NCBI GenBank assembly: GCA_903887815.1 | Contig: CAISRK010000490.1 | Span: 1 to 41,401, forward strand | Length of the DNA stretch: 41,401 nucleotides | Source of the DNA: an uncultured Bacteroidales bacterium | GTDB taxonomy: Bacteria > Bacteroidota > Bacteroidia > Bacteroidales > UBA4417 | Direction: 5' to 3' | Shown here: positions 19,309-29,837 of the stretch, in pieces | Position numbering within the stretch: position 1 is the stretch's first letter | How the letters are laid out: each line of letters starts with the position of its first letter | The notes under the pieces: generated by a model | The model's input: only the letters and a program-made list of their open reading frames with translations | What the model was told of the DNA's origin: nothing | Database searches by the model: none | Translations under genes and position numbers: made by a program

Positions 19309-20550
19309 TTAACTTTTCATAGTGTAAAGTTCTATGATTTTAAGAATTACCTCTGTTGCTTTCACCATCGATTCGAGCGGCACATATTCCATTTTACCAT
19401 GAAAATTATGGCCGCCTGCAAAAATATTCGGGCAGGGAAGGCCCATATACGAAAGACGCGCCCCATCGGTACCTCCGCGGATAGGAACTACTTTAGGGAT
19501 GATGTCGAGTTGTTCCATGGCTTGCTGGGCGGTGGCTACCACATGGTAAACCGGTTCCACCATTTCGCGCATATTGTAGTATTGGTCCTTCATTTCGAGT
19601 GTAAAACAACCGTCACCATACCGCTTGTTCATAAAATCGACACATTCCCTGAAGAGTTGTTTTTTCAGTTCAAACTTTGGCCGGTCGTGATCGCGGATAA
19701 TGTATTGGATAAACGAATTCTCAACTGAACCTTCGAGTTTGATCAGGTGGTAAAAGCCTTCATAATCCTGCGTAAACTCAGGCCTTTCGTTAACAGGTAA
19801 AATCGCGTTGAACTCGGTGGCCATAAGTATAGCGTTTTTCATTTTGTTTTTGGCATAACCCGGGTGGATATTCCTGCCCTGTATGATAACCTTAGCCCCG
19901 GCAGCATTGAAATTTTCGTATTCCAGTTCGCCGACACCTCCGCCATCCATGGTATAGGCAAAATCGGCCCCGAATTTTTTCACGTCAAAAAAGTCGACTC
20001 CACGGCCGACTTCCTCGTCAGGTGTAAATCCTACTTTGAGGGTTCCATGTTCAATTTCAGGGTGATTTACAAGGTACTCGATGGCTGCCATAATTTCGGT
20101 TACACCGGCTTTATCGTCGGCGCCAAGCAGGGTCGTTCCGTCGGTGACAATGAGTGCAAGCCCGATATACTCTTTCATTTCAGGGAAATCGACCGGCGAA
20201 AGCACGATATTTTTCTCCGCGTTGAGCACTATATCAGTCCCGTCGTAATTTTCGACCAGGCGTGGTTTTATATTGGAACCGCTCATATCGGGGCTGGTAT
20301 CAACATGCGAAACAAAACCGATTACAGGAACTTTTTTGGATGTGTTCGATGGTAAAGTTCCCATTACATAACCGTTCGAATCGATGCTGACATCGGCAAG
20401 TCCGAAAGCCTTCAACTGGTCGTGAAGCAGGTTAAGCATATCGAACTGCTTGACCGTACTAGGAAATGTGGTTGAAGTATCATCGCTCTGCGTGTCGATG
20501 CTAACATATTTCAGGAAGCGATCGAGTATTTGTTGTTTATTCAATGACAT
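19309..20550 (-). CDS. pepT: peptidase T (tripeptide aminopeptidase)
   Basis: RFLKYVSIDTQS, SHVDTSPD, TDGTTLLGADDKAG, FTPDEEVGRG, IRGGTDG, GGHNFHG. Confidence 0.97.
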   Translation of the reverse strand: MSLNKQQILDRFLKYVSIDTQSDDTSTTFPSTVKQFDMLNLLHDQLKAFGLADVSIDSNGYVMGTLPSNTSKKVPVIGFVSHVDTSPDMSGSNIKPRLVENYDGTDIVLNAEKNIVLSPVDFPEMKEYIGLALIVTDGTTLLGADDKAGVTEIMAAIEYLVNHPEIEHGTLKVGFTPDEEVGRGVDFFDVKKFGADFAYTMDGGGVGELEYENFNAAGAKVIIQGRNIHPGYAKNKMKNAILMATEFNAILPVNERPEFTQDYEGFYHLIKLEGSVENSFIQYIIRDHDRPKFELKKQLFRECVDFMNKRYGDGCFTLEMKDQYYNMREMVEPVYHVVATAQQAMEQLDIIPKVVPIRGGTDGARLSYMGLPCPNIFAGGHNFHGKMEYVPLESMVKATEVILKIIELYTMKS

Positions 20551-20688
20551 GATTCTGATTTTAGATTATTAATATTATTGCAAAATGAAAGAGCCTGGTG
20601 AACAAGCCAGTTTAAATAATTCTCTTTCCAGCCACTCACCACATCGCCCCTCGCCCCTTCACACGGGTTGCTTGTTAGCCTGTAATTC

Positions 20689-22671
20689 CTATTCTTCTTT
20701 TTTAGCTCTTAGCGTTTCCCAGATAAAATAAGCACAAAGCACGGCAAGCATAAGCAAAGCAAGAGCTTCGGCGCTATGCGATTCGAACCATTCCTTGTTT
20801 ACAAAGTTAAAACCGAAGTTGGCCAGTACAGCACTGATCACTCCCATCAGGGCGCCACCCGCAATAAATCCCGAAGCGATTAGTGTGCCCCTTTCGCGAC
20901 GCGCCTGGTTAAGCTTTTCATCCTTACTCCGACTACCCACGATATGAGCTATAATACCTCCCAGTAATAACGGTGTGTTAAGTTGTAAAGGAATAAACAT
21001 TCCAAGGGAGAACGCCAAAGCCGGAACGCCGATCATGGTCAGTATCAGCGATAGAAATGCTCCTGCGGCATATAACATCCAGGGGGCCGGCTGCCCGCTC
21101 ATCATAGGCTGGATTACTGCTGCCATGGCATTGGCCTGTGGCGCTACCATTGCGTTTTCGCCTGTAAACCCATAGGTTTTGTTCAAAACCATAATTACAC
21201 CTCCAACGGTGATTGCCGAAACAAAAGTTCCGAGGAATTTCCACGATTGCTGCTTATAGGGCGAAGAGCCCAGCCAGTAACCGATCTTGAGGTCGGTAAT
21301 AAAACCGCCCGCCATCGAAAGCGCCGTACATACAACACCCCCGATTATAAGAGCGGCAATCATACCCGATTCGCCTTTTAAGCCTACCGAAACAAGCACG
21401 AGCGACGAAATGATAAGTGTCATCAGCGTCATTCCGCTTACGGGGTTTGTTCCAACAATAGCAATTGCATTTGCAGCCACAGTCGTGAAAAGGAATGCGA
21501 TAAGCATAACAATTCCAAGGCCAACCAATGCATGGGTAATATTATGAACCACTCCGAAGTAGAAAAAAACCAGGATTACAACCGCTGTAAGCAGTATACC
21601 TCCGGCAATAATTGCCATTGGAAGATCGCGCTGGGTGCGGAGATTGGTTTTTAGGCCTTCGTGCTTGCCGAAAATTTCTTTACCGGCTAAACTGATGGCT
21701 GATTTTATAATACCGCTCGAACGGATAATACCAATGATACCCGCCATTGCAATTCCGCCTATACCTATCGGGCGGACATAAGCCGTGAAAATCTGTTCGG
21801 CCGACATATTCCCGATAAGGGCGGTAATGTTGGTTCCTACGGCAATGGTTTGACCATCGGCAAAGAAATTAATAATCGGGATCACAACATACCAGCCGAC
21901 AAATGAACCGGCACATATAATGGCTGCATATTTCAACCCGATAATATACCCAAGACCTACAACTGCAGCTCCTACATTAAGCTTGAAAACGATTTTGGCT
22001 TTGTCGGCCAGCGCCTGCCCGATAGGGATAACACGGGTTGTGAATACTTCGGCCCATAAACCGAAAGTGGCAATCACAAAATCATAAATACCGCCTATTA
22101 AACCTGCTACGAGAAGCAGACGCGCCTGGTTGCCGCCTTTGGCTCCCGATACCAGGACTTCGGTTGTTGCCGTAGCCTCAGGGAATGGGTATTTGCCGTG
22201 CATTTCGGCAACGAAATATTTACGGAAAGGGATCAGGAACAGAATACCCAGGAAACCGCCAAGCAGCGACGACATGAATATCTGATAGAACTGCACCTGC
22301 AGGTTTAAAATATATAAAGCAGGTAAAGTAAAAATGGCACCTGCAACAATCACTCCTGAGCTGGCGCCTATGGACTGGATAATCACATTTTCACCCAGCG
22401 CACCCTTGCGTTTAAACACTGTTGAAAGTCCTACGGCTATAATAGCAATAGGAATAGCGGCTTCGAAAACCTGGCCGATTTTAAGGCCAAGGTAAGCAGC
22501 GGCAGCCGAAAATACAGCTGCCATTACAATTCCCCATATTACACTCCATGTGTTTACTTCGGGATACACCTTTTGCGGTGACATGATGGGTTCGTAGGTT
22601 TCGCCTGGTTTCAGTTCGGTGTAGGCGTTTTCGGGAAGGCCTTTTATTTGGCCGGTTTCGTGTTCTGACAT
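20689..22671 (-). CDS. OPT family oligopeptide transporter
   Basis: YLGLKIGQVFEAAIP, PFPEATAT, GTNPVSGMT, TDLKIGYWLG, APQANAM, ASGFIAGG. Confidence 0.93.
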   Translation of the reverse strand: MSEHETGQIKGLPENAYTELKPGETYEPIMSPQKVYPEVNTWSVIWGIVMAAVFSAAAAYLGLKIGQVFEAAIPIAIIAVGLSTVFKRKGALGENVIIQSIGASSGVIVAGAIFTLPALYILNLQVQFYQIFMSSLLGGFLGILFLIPFRKYFVAEMHGKYPFPEATATTEVLVSGAKGGNQARLLLVAGLIGGIYDFVIATFGLWAEVFTTRVIPIGQALADKAKIVFKLNVGAAVVGLGYIIGLKYAAIICAGSFVGWYVVIPIINFFADGQTIAVGTNITALIGNMSAEQIFTAYVRPIGIGGIAMAGIIGIIRSSGIIKSAISLAGKEIFGKHEGLKTNLRTQRDLPMAIIAGGILLTAVVILVFFYFGVVHNITHALVGLGIVMLIAFLFTTVAANAIAIVGTNPVSGMTLMTLIISSLVLVSVGLKGESGMIAALIIGGVVCTALSMAGGFITDLKIGYWLGSSPYKQQSWKFLGTFVSAITVGGVIMVLNKTYGFTGENAMVAPQANAMAAVIQPMMSGQPAPWMLYAAGAFLSLILTMIGVPALAFSLGMFIPLQLNTPLLLGGIIAHIVGSRSKDEKLNQARRERGTLIASGFIAGGALMGVISAVLANFGFNFVNKEWFESHSAEALALLMLAVLCAYFIWETLRAKKEE

Positions 22672-22845
22672 AGATTTTCAGGTTAAGTGCGTTTCAAAAG
22701 TAATGCAAAAATTGATTTGATAAAACCGGCCAGGGTATTGTTTCGAAAAATAGGATATTGCCTTTTTCAGGACCTTATCCACGGCCTGTCTTCTGACGGA
22801 ATTAGTTTCGGGTAAATTCCTTTCGTGATTTCCACACGTGGTAAT

Positions 22846-25725
22846 TTATTCGTTTCCCTCATTAATGCTGTTGTAACGTAATTCTTTCCCTTTTACAACT
22901 GCCGGCAGCCCTTTGTCCATCCAGATTGGTTCCGGAGCATCCTTGAGGTAATGATCAAAAAACTGGCTCATCCGTATGCTTAGGTCCAGGCGGTTCGGGC
23001 GTTTGGTAAGGTTATGTTCGTCGCCGTTGTAGCAAAGCAGCCAGGCAGGTTTACCCAGGCGGCGCATAGCGGTTATGAGTTCAATTCCCTGGTAATAAGG
23101 CACAGCACCATCGTTGTCGTTGCTCATGATAAGCAATGGAGTTGTGATACGATCAATATAAAAAATGGGTGAGTTTTCGATATATAGTTCACGGTTTTGC
23201 CAGAGGGTTGCTCCCAAACGGCTTTGTCCGTGCTCGTATTGCGACTGTCGTACGATACCGCTTTCCCAGCGGATACCTCCGTAAGCAGAAGTCATATTGC
23301 TGACCGGAGCACCGGCCATTGCGGCTTTGAACATGCCGGTCTGGGTTACAAGGTAGGCTACCTGGTACCCGCCCCAGCTTTGACCCTGTATGCCCATTTT
23401 ATCCGCATCGACGTATGGAAACTTAGTCATGGCAAGTGTTCCGCTGATGATATCATCATAGGCCGACCTGCCCGGTTCGCCGGTCCGGTAGTTGATATCC
23501 GGAACGAAAACAATATACCCGTTGCTGTTGTAATACGTAAAGTTCACTGTGGAACGTGTTGGCTGCGGCACATAATGCACATTGATATCCTGCGAATACT
23601 TTTCATAGAAATATACGATCATAGGGTACTTTTTGGTTGCATCGAAATTCTCCGGTTTATAAAGAAGTCCGCGAAGTTCGCCCCCGTCAAACGATTTCCA
23701 CGCAACATGTTCAACAGTGCCCCACAGGTACTGGCTTTGCTGCGGATTGGTTACCGAAAGCTTTTTAAAACCATCAAATTTGACTGAACTTGTCCATAAA
23801 TCGGGATACTCGGTATAACTCGAACGCTGCCAGAGGAATTGCGCGGCATTTTTAGCTTTCAGTGGATTTGTGTAAACGTGGTCCGAAAGTACAAGCGACT
23901 GGATTTTGCCAGGTTCGCTTAACAAAACACTTACAAAACCCTGTTTGCAGCTTTTATCTTCAGTTTGTTTAAGCAGCAGTGGTTCTTTGGGATTAATATC
24001 CAGTGCCTCGGGATCAGTTTTCACATAGCGGTAAACCGTTTTGTTCTCGCGGCCTTTGACGGTGAGCGAAAAGGGCGCGGCCAGGTTTTCGGGATTCAGA
24101 AGCCATATATCGTACCTGTCATTGATCATCACCGATGCATCATCTGGTGTCCATCCTGCAATCCCGTAAGGATTTGGCAAATCGGGCTGATCGTTTTCCT
24201 CATCGCTCATCTGTACGGAAATTGATGCCGTAAGGCAGAATTTCCTGCCTGTAGCAATTTGAATTGTATTCCAGCTGCTGTCGGCAATTTCGTAATACAG
24301 AAGGTATTTCCCTGAAGGGGATAGTTCGGCACTGGCCGGATGTTTCTTCAGCAAAAGCCGGCGGCTTCCGGTTTTCAGGTCGAGCAGGTAAATGTCCCTG
24401 TATGATGTGCCTTCCCACGAACTCAGCATTTCATAGGGTTTGCTGGTCGTGCCAAGTGCGAAATCAGCATTCCCTTTCCTGAAAGTGCGCACCTGTTCGA
24501 GCAGGGTATCGGCAAGTTGAACAATGCGTTTTTCGGCAACACGATACACCGACAGGTAGGATTTTTTGAGGTCCTCATCGAGGTTTTTCAGTTGCTGCGA
24601 CTGCAGGCGGGCATCGTTCCACGACCAGATATCAACTTTTACCTTTTCTTCATCCAGAAGCGTATCTTTCGACTCCGGCATTTTTTTCGGTGCTGTAGCA
24701 AAATACAATTTACTGCCATCGTCGGCAAAACTCAGGTTGCCATTTTCCGAAACTTCCCATCCGGCTGGGATGCCTGTAGCAGCAGTATCGGCAACCAGCA
24801 AAATTGTTTTAAATTTCTCATCCCAGAGATAAAGCCCGTAACGCTTCACTTTTGCGGTATCGGCAGTGTATAGAAAAGCTACCGAACTGCCGGAATTATC
24901 GGCTGTTACTTTTTTTGCAAATCCCGGCTTTTCAAAAATCCGGGTCATTTTTAATGTACGGGTATCGAAAACAGCAACTGAAACCGAATCAATACTGTCC
25001 TTTTTCATTGAAATGAAAGCAATCAGGTTGCCGTTTTTCGAAAAAGTGGATTCTGTCACATTTTCGTAAATGAAGTTTTGTTTTGAAACAGGATTCGAAA
25101 TCCCCATATTGAAGGTTTCGGTTTCGGCGAACGCGCCCTTTTTCTTCTTTTTGTCCTTTTCCTTGCTAACAGCTTCTTTCGGCTTTGCGGCAAGCGTATC
25201 CGGTTTTGATCCCTGGAGGGAATCTTTAATTTCTTTCTTTTCCTTGGCTTTGGGTTTATCGTAAAGCCATGCTACCCAAGCACCACCTTCTTTGGGCAGT
25301 TGGAATGATTTCAACCCGGCGTACCTGATGATTGAATCTTTTTCGATGAGCCATACCCCCAACGAATCTTTGGGTATATCTTCTTTTTTCTTTTTGGCCA
25401 GTTTCAGTTTTCGCAGTGTATCAGCCGGTTGTACGATTCTGAATGCAATGATATCGGAGGTTGACGCGAAAACGGCGCTCTGCCCCCTGTACAGTGAATC
25501 GTGGCTGCCCGAATCAAGGTTTTGAAGGTGAAGCCAGCCGTCGCCTTTCTGCGGATTGATCTCGAAAGAAGCATATTTAGCGTTATCGGAAATCAGCGGT
25601 TTGTCGAGTTTTTTCCAGCCATCGTACACATCATGGGTAAGTGGTTTTTTAACGGGTGTCTGAGCAAATGCCATAGCTGCGCTGAGTAGTGCCGGGCAAA
25701 GGAGTAAAAGCAAGTTTTTAATCAT
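22846..25725 (-). CDS. S9 (prolyl oligopeptidase-like) exported serine peptidase
   Basis: Signal peptide, propeller region, GQSWGG nucleophile, NDGAVP Asp, EHN His. Confidence 0.92.
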   Translation of the reverse strand: MIKNLLLLLCPALLSAAMAFAQTPVKKPLTHDVYDGWKKLDKPLISDNAKYASFEINPQKGDGWLHLQNLDSGSHDSLYRGQSAVFASTSDIIAFRIVQPADTLRKLKLAKKKKEDIPKDSLGVWLIEKDSIIRYAGLKSFQLPKEGGAWVAWLYDKPKAKEKKEIKDSLQGSKPDTLAAKPKEAVSKEKDKKKKKGAFAETETFNMGISNPVSKQNFIYENVTESTFSKNGNLIAFISMKKDSIDSVSVAVFDTRTLKMTRIFEKPGFAKKVTADNSGSSVAFLYTADTAKVKRYGLYLWDEKFKTILLVADTAATGIPAGWEVSENGNLSFADDGSKLYFATAPKKMPESKDTLLDEEKVKVDIWSWNDARLQSQQLKNLDEDLKKSYLSVYRVAEKRIVQLADTLLEQVRTFRKGNADFALGTTSKPYEMLSSWEGTSYRDIYLLDLKTGSRRLLLKKHPASAELSPSGKYLLYYEIADSSWNTIQIATGRKFCLTASISVQMSDEENDQPDLPNPYGIAGWTPDDASVMINDRYDIWLLNPENLAAPFSLTVKGRENKTVYRYVKTDPEALDINPKEPLLLKQTEDKSCKQGFVSVLLSEPGKIQSLVLSDHVYTNPLKAKNAAQFLWQRSSYTEYPDLWTSSVKFDGFKKLSVTNPQQSQYLWGTVEHVAWKSFDGGELRGLLYKPENFDATKKYPMIVYFYEKYSQDINVHYVPQPTRSTVNFTYYNSNGYIVFVPDINYRTGEPGRSAYDDIISGTLAMTKFPYVDADKMGIQGQSWGGYQVAYLVTQTGMFKAAMAGAPVSNMTSAYGGIRWESGIVRQSQYEHGQSRLGATLWQNRELYIENSPIFYIDRITTPLLIMSNDNDGAVPYYQGIELITAMRRLGKPAWLLCYNGDEHNLTKRPNRLDLSIRMSQFFDHYLKDAPEPIWMDKGLPAVVKGKELRYNSINEGNE

Positions 25726-25858
25726 CGTTTATGGATTTCCGGGAAATGAGGGTGCAAGATAAATGAATTCCTGAAACCCGGGTTTCAAAATCTGTAAGTC
25801 AGGCAATTCAATCGGCAAGTGAACGATTGAGGATAAGGAAAATCAATCAATGCGGATA

Positions 25859-25919
25859 TACTTCTGATGCGGATTTGCAATCCACTTCCCGTGAGCACCG
25901 GATTTGCGATCCGGAAGTA
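25859..25919. repeat. REP-like doublet of CGGATTTGC(A/G)ATCC(G) hairpins
   Basis: CGGATTTGCAATCC 25870-25883 and CCGGATTTGCGATCCGG 25898-25914, bracketed by TACTTC/GAAGTA. Confidence 0.55.
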
Positions 25920-25990
25920 ATGAAAAAAATCAACGGCTTATAAAGTCTTTTCAGGCATATTCGATACTTGTGAATACTTTTGTGCACATT

Positions 25991-27058
25991 ATGAATCTAT
26001 CTGAATCCCTTCTCGCCTGGTACGATATGAACAAACGCCCCCTTCCCTGGCGCGAAACACGCGATCCCTATAAAATCTGGCTCTCCGAGGTTATTCTCCA
26101 GCAAACCCGCATTGCCCAGGGAACAGATTATTATCACCGTTTTCTTTCAGCTTTTCCTGGTGTACACAGCCTTGCAGCAGCAGCCGAACAGGATGTGTTG
26201 AAACTCTGGCAGGGGCTGGGCTATTATTCCCGTGCAAGAAATATGCATTATACGGCTATACAGATAGTTGAAAAATTCAATGGGGTTTTCCCTCAAACAA
26301 CTGAGGGACTAAAGAAACTGAAAGGTATTGGGGAGTATACTGCTGCCGCCATTGCATCCATTTGTTTTGATGAGCCTGTTGCCGTACTCGATGGCAACGT
26401 AGCACGCCTTATTTCGCGCCTCTTTGCTTTTGAAAAAGCGGTGGATACAAACATCGGCCGTTCCGGAATTACAGCCCTGGCTAATACTTTGATGGATAAA
26501 CATAATCCCGGCACATTCAATCAGGCAATGATGGAAATCGGTGCCCTGGTTTGTACACCAAAAAGTCCATCATGCAACGAATGCCCTCTGGCTTTCGGCT
26601 GCAAAGCTCTAAACCAGAATAAAACCGGATATTTCCCGGTAAAAACGCCAAAGAAAGCACCTACAGCCAGGTATATGAATTACCTCGTGATCGGTTTTAA
26701 CCAGCATGGTGAAGATTTTATCCTGATGCGTAAACGAACCGGGAACGACATCTGGAAAAATATGTACGATTTCCCGTGTGTGGAAACTTCAAACCTGACT
26801 GACCCTGCTGTGATTATTGAACAAATTGACAAAGAGGGTTATGCGTTCGGAATTCCATTTGTAATTAAAAAAATATCAGGCGAATATATCCACCAGCTTT
26901 CGCACCGCAGGCTGATTGTAAGGTTTATACAGCTTGAGTTGCTGGGAAAGCCGGAAATGACCGGTGATGTAAAACCTGTCAGAAAAGATCTGATTACCGT
27001 ATTACCTCTGCCCAGACTTATCGACAGGTACCTTGCTGATTTGTTCAGCCAGTCCTGA
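25991..27058 (+). CDS. mutY: A/G-specific adenine glycosylase
   Basis: LPWRETRDPY..WLSEVILQQT, WQGLGYYSRARN, HhH LKGIGEYTA, DGNV, CX6CX2CX5C Fe-S motif; start set at ATG 25991. Confidence 0.96.
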   Translation: MNLSESLLAWYDMNKRPLPWRETRDPYKIWLSEVILQQTRIAQGTDYYHRFLSAFPGVHSLAAAAEQDVLKLWQGLGYYSRARNMHYTAIQIVEKFNGVFPQTTEGLKKLKGIGEYTAAAIASICFDEPVAVLDGNVARLISRLFAFEKAVDTNIGRSGITALANTLMDKHNPGTFNQAMMEIGALVCTPKSPSCNECPLAFGCKALNQNKTGYFPVKTPKKAPTARYMNYLVIGFNQHGEDFILMRKRTGNDIWKNMYDFPCVETSNLTDPAVIIEQIDKEGYAFGIPFVIKKISGEYIHQLSHRRLIVRFIQLELLGKPEMTGDVKPVRKDLITVLPLPRLIDRYLADLFSQS

Positions 27059-27181
27059 TAGGTTTTGGCGGCCTGACTTGTGCCGCCCTCACAACGAATA
27101 TTTATCAACACTACAGCATCAAGGTTTTAAAATGGAGTACATTTGTACTACTTTAAAATATTAATCTACAATCAAAGTATT

Positions 27182-27643
27182 ATGGCAAGAGGCGTTAACA
27201 AAGTAATCCTGGTTGGTAACCTGGGAAAAGATCCTGAAGTTCAATCATTCGACACGTATAAGAAAGCTGCCTTTTCGCTGGCGACAACCGAATTCTCGCG
27301 CGATAAGGAAGGCAACGAAGTTCAGCATACCGAATGGCACAATATTGTGATGTGGCGCGGCCTGGCCGAAATTGCCGAGCAGTTCCTTCACAAGGGAAGC
27401 CAGGTTTACGTAGAAGGTAAAATCCGCACCCGTTCGTTCGATGGCAAAGATGGCCAGAAGAAATATATCACTGAAATACAGGCCGATAATCTTGTTTTGC
27501 TTGGTGGAAGGAAGGAAGCCGGAAACGAAACCTATCAGCCGGCGCAGAATTCCGGTTCGAACGGGCACCCGGCACAGCCTGTTGTTCCTCCTATAACTGA
27601 GCCAACGCCACAGCAGAACGATCATGAGGATCTGCCATTCTAG
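27182..27643 (+). CDS. ssb: single-stranded DNA-binding protein
   Basis: MARGVNKVILVGNLGKDPE, TEWH, VEGKIRTR, C-terminal EDLPF; start set at ATG 27182. Confidence 0.97.
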   Translation: MARGVNKVILVGNLGKDPEVQSFDTYKKAAFSLATTEFSRDKEGNEVQHTEWHNIVMWRGLAEIAEQFLHKGSQVYVEGKIRTRSFDGKDGQKKYITEIQADNLVLLGGRKEAGNETYQPAQNSGSNGHPAQPVVPPITEPTPQQNDHEDLPF

Positions 27644-27660
27644 TTACATTTAGGGTTAAG

Positions 27661-27696
27661 AAATAAGCGAGCGGACAATGTCCGCTCGCTTATTTT
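27661..27696 (+). terminator. intrinsic terminator after ssb
   Basis: Perfect 17-bp inverted repeat AAATAAGCGAGCGGACA-A-TGTCCGCTCGCTTATTT. Confidence 0.8.
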
Positions 27697-27741
27697 ACTA
27701 CTTTTACTATCTTTGCACCTTAAAATCAATTACTTCACACC

Positions 27742-29097
27742 GTGGCCGACCCACTCCCCGATGCGTTTTTCGCATTTATATTGTTAAATCTCTCTTCATC
27801 TGCCCTGGCTTCGTCAGCCGGTTTTGTTGCCGGGATACTTTCAATTATTATTCTCCTTCTATGTTCTGCCGGGGCTTCAGCCTCCGAAACCGCATTTTTC
27901 TCCTTGTCGCCATCGCAACTGAACGAGATCAGGTCGTCGAAATCCACCCCGCACAAACGTATTGTTCACCTGCTCGAGAATTCGAAACTCCTGCTGGCAA
28001 CTATATTAATTACTAACAACCTGGTAAATGTCGGAGTTGTAATAATTACAACCTTCCTGGTAAACCATTATTTAGACTTTTCGATGAACCCGCTTCTTGG
28101 GTTTCTTTTCCAGGTGGTAATAATCACTTCATTTCTCCTTTTGTTCGGGGAAATCATGCCGAAAGTATTTGCCACCCGCAAGCCGGTGAAAATAGCTGCC
28201 TTTCTTTCTTTCCCGCTTACCGTGGTGCAAAGAATATTATACCCGTTAAGCCGACTGCTTCTGAGTTCAACACGGTTTATCGATAAACGACAGGCCTTTC
28301 AGAATCACAATATCACACTCGACGATATTTCGAATGCCATTGATATTACTGCCGACGGAAAGGTGGATGCCGACGATCGCAAGATCATGAAAAGCATTAC
28401 CCGTTTCGGGGCGATAAACGCCCGCGAAATTATGAGCCCAAGGGTCGATATTACTGCAATCGAGAATACAGCTTCTTACGCAGAAGTTCAAAAAACGATT
28501 GTCGAATCAGGCTATTCGCGCATACCGGTTTACAACGATACTCCCGATACCATTACCGGCATTCTGTATATCAAAGACCTGTTGCCGCATCTTTCAGAAA
28601 GAGATTCGTTCGTATGGACGAAACTGGTTCGGCCGCCTTTTTTTATTCCTGAAAACAAACCCATTAACGACCTCCTGCAGGAGTTCCAGGAGAAAAAAAT
28701 ACATATGGCCGTTGTCGTCGACGAATATGGAGGAACATCGGGACTTATAACGCTTGAGGATATAATCGAAGAAATCGTGGGTGAAATCAACGACGAATTC
28801 GATATTGAGGCAGATAATACCTTTTATACGCGTATCGATGATCAGAATTACGTTTTTGAAGGGAAAACAACCATAAACGATATGTGCCGGGTTTTAGCTA
28901 TTGACGACCGTATTTTCGATGAAGCCAAGGGCGAAAGCGAATCCCTTGCTGGACTTATTCTGGAACTCGCAGGTAAATTACCTTCAGTAGGCGAGGAGTT
29001 TGTTTTTGGCGAATTTACATTCCGTATCGAAGCTGCCGACAAACGAAGGTTAAAAAAGATTAAAATCACAATACCTGACACGAAGGTTCCTGTTTGA
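27742..29097 (+). CDS. gldE: gliding motility-associated protein GldE (CNNM/DUF21-CBS-CorC)
   Basis: SASETAFFSL, LLATILITNN, FGEIMPK, YSRIPVY, VVDEYGGTSG; located between ssb and gldD. Confidence 0.88.
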   Translation: MADPLPDAFFAFILLNLSSSALASSAGFVAGILSIIILLLCSAGASASETAFFSLSPSQLNEIRSSKSTPHKRIVHLLENSKLLLATILITNNLVNVGVVIITTFLVNHYLDFSMNPLLGFLFQVVIITSFLLLFGEIMPKVFATRKPVKIAAFLSFPLTVVQRILYPLSRLLLSSTRFIDKRQAFQNHNITLDDISNAIDITADGKVDADDRKIMKSITRFGAINAREIMSPRVDITAIENTASYAEVQKTIVESGYSRIPVYNDTPDTITGILYIKDLLPHLSERDSFVWTKLVRPPFFIPENKPINDLLQEFQEKKIHMAVVVDEYGGTSGLITLEDIIEEIVGEINDEFDIEADNTFYTRIDDQNYVFEGKTTINDMCRVLAIDDRIFDEAKGESESLAGLILELAGKLPSVGEEFVFGEFTFRIEAADKRRLKKIKITIPDTKVPV

Positions 29098-29207
29098 TTA
29101 ATCATTACCGGGTTCATTCCGGTTAATGGATTATCCCGGGCAAACCGATAAATACAGCAGGCAATAAACATCTGCCACAAACGTTTTTACATTGAAAATT
29201 CCCGGAA

Positions 29208-29837
29208 ATGTTAAGCACAAAATCATCCTGTAACCGGTTAAAACAACTGGGATCAATAAAATTTATACTTTTTCTCCTTGTAAGCGGCGGGTTGTTTAGT
29301 GTTTCGTCATGCGACAACAACTATACACCAAAACCAAGGGGTTATTTCCGGATTGCACTTCCTGAAAAAAAGTATGTGCTGCTCGATTCCATCTATCCTT
29401 ATTCGTTCGAATACCCGGCAACTGCGGTTATAACCAACGATCCGCTTTCGCCACAGGAAAAAAACTGGATCAATATCGAAATGCCGGCATTTCACGGCCG
29501 TATTCACATCAGCTACAAGCCCTTATCCGACAAAAAGAGCCTTGCTACCTATACTGAAGATACCCGCACTCTTGCATTAAAACACATGTCGAAATCAAGC
29601 GGAATAAGGCAGATTGCTATCAATGACCCGAAACGCAGAGTGTACGGACTGGTATATGAAATAAACGGCCTGGGAGCGGCTTCCCCCTACCAGTTCTATC
29701 TTACCGACAGCACAAGCCATTTTATGCGGGGTTCGCTTTACTTCGATGTTATTCCCAACAACGATTCGCTCGCACCGGTAATCGATTTTGTAAAAACAGA
29801 TATTCAACACCTGTTCGAAACCATTAACTGGAAATAG
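29208..29837 (+). CDS. gldD: gliding motility lipoprotein GldD
   Basis: Lipobox SSC followed by YTPKPRGYFRI, AASPYQFYLTDS..HFMRGSLYF, PNNDSLAP. Confidence 0.92.
   Translation: MLSTKSSCNRLKQLGSIKFILFLLVSGGLFSVSSCDNNYTPKPRGYFRIALPEKKYVLLDSIYPYSFEYPATAVITNDPLSPQEKNWINIEMPAFHGRIHISYKPLSDKKSLATYTEDTRTLALKHMSKSSGIRQIAINDPKRRVYGLVYEINGLGAASPYQFYLTDSTSHFMRGSLYFDVIPNNDSLAPVIDFVKTDIQHLFETINWK

Noticed and set aside
27678-28016. 112-aa ORF overlapping the gldE start
   Set aside because: It starts inside the ssb terminator, upstream of the gldE -7 box, is out of frame with gldE and has no motifs.
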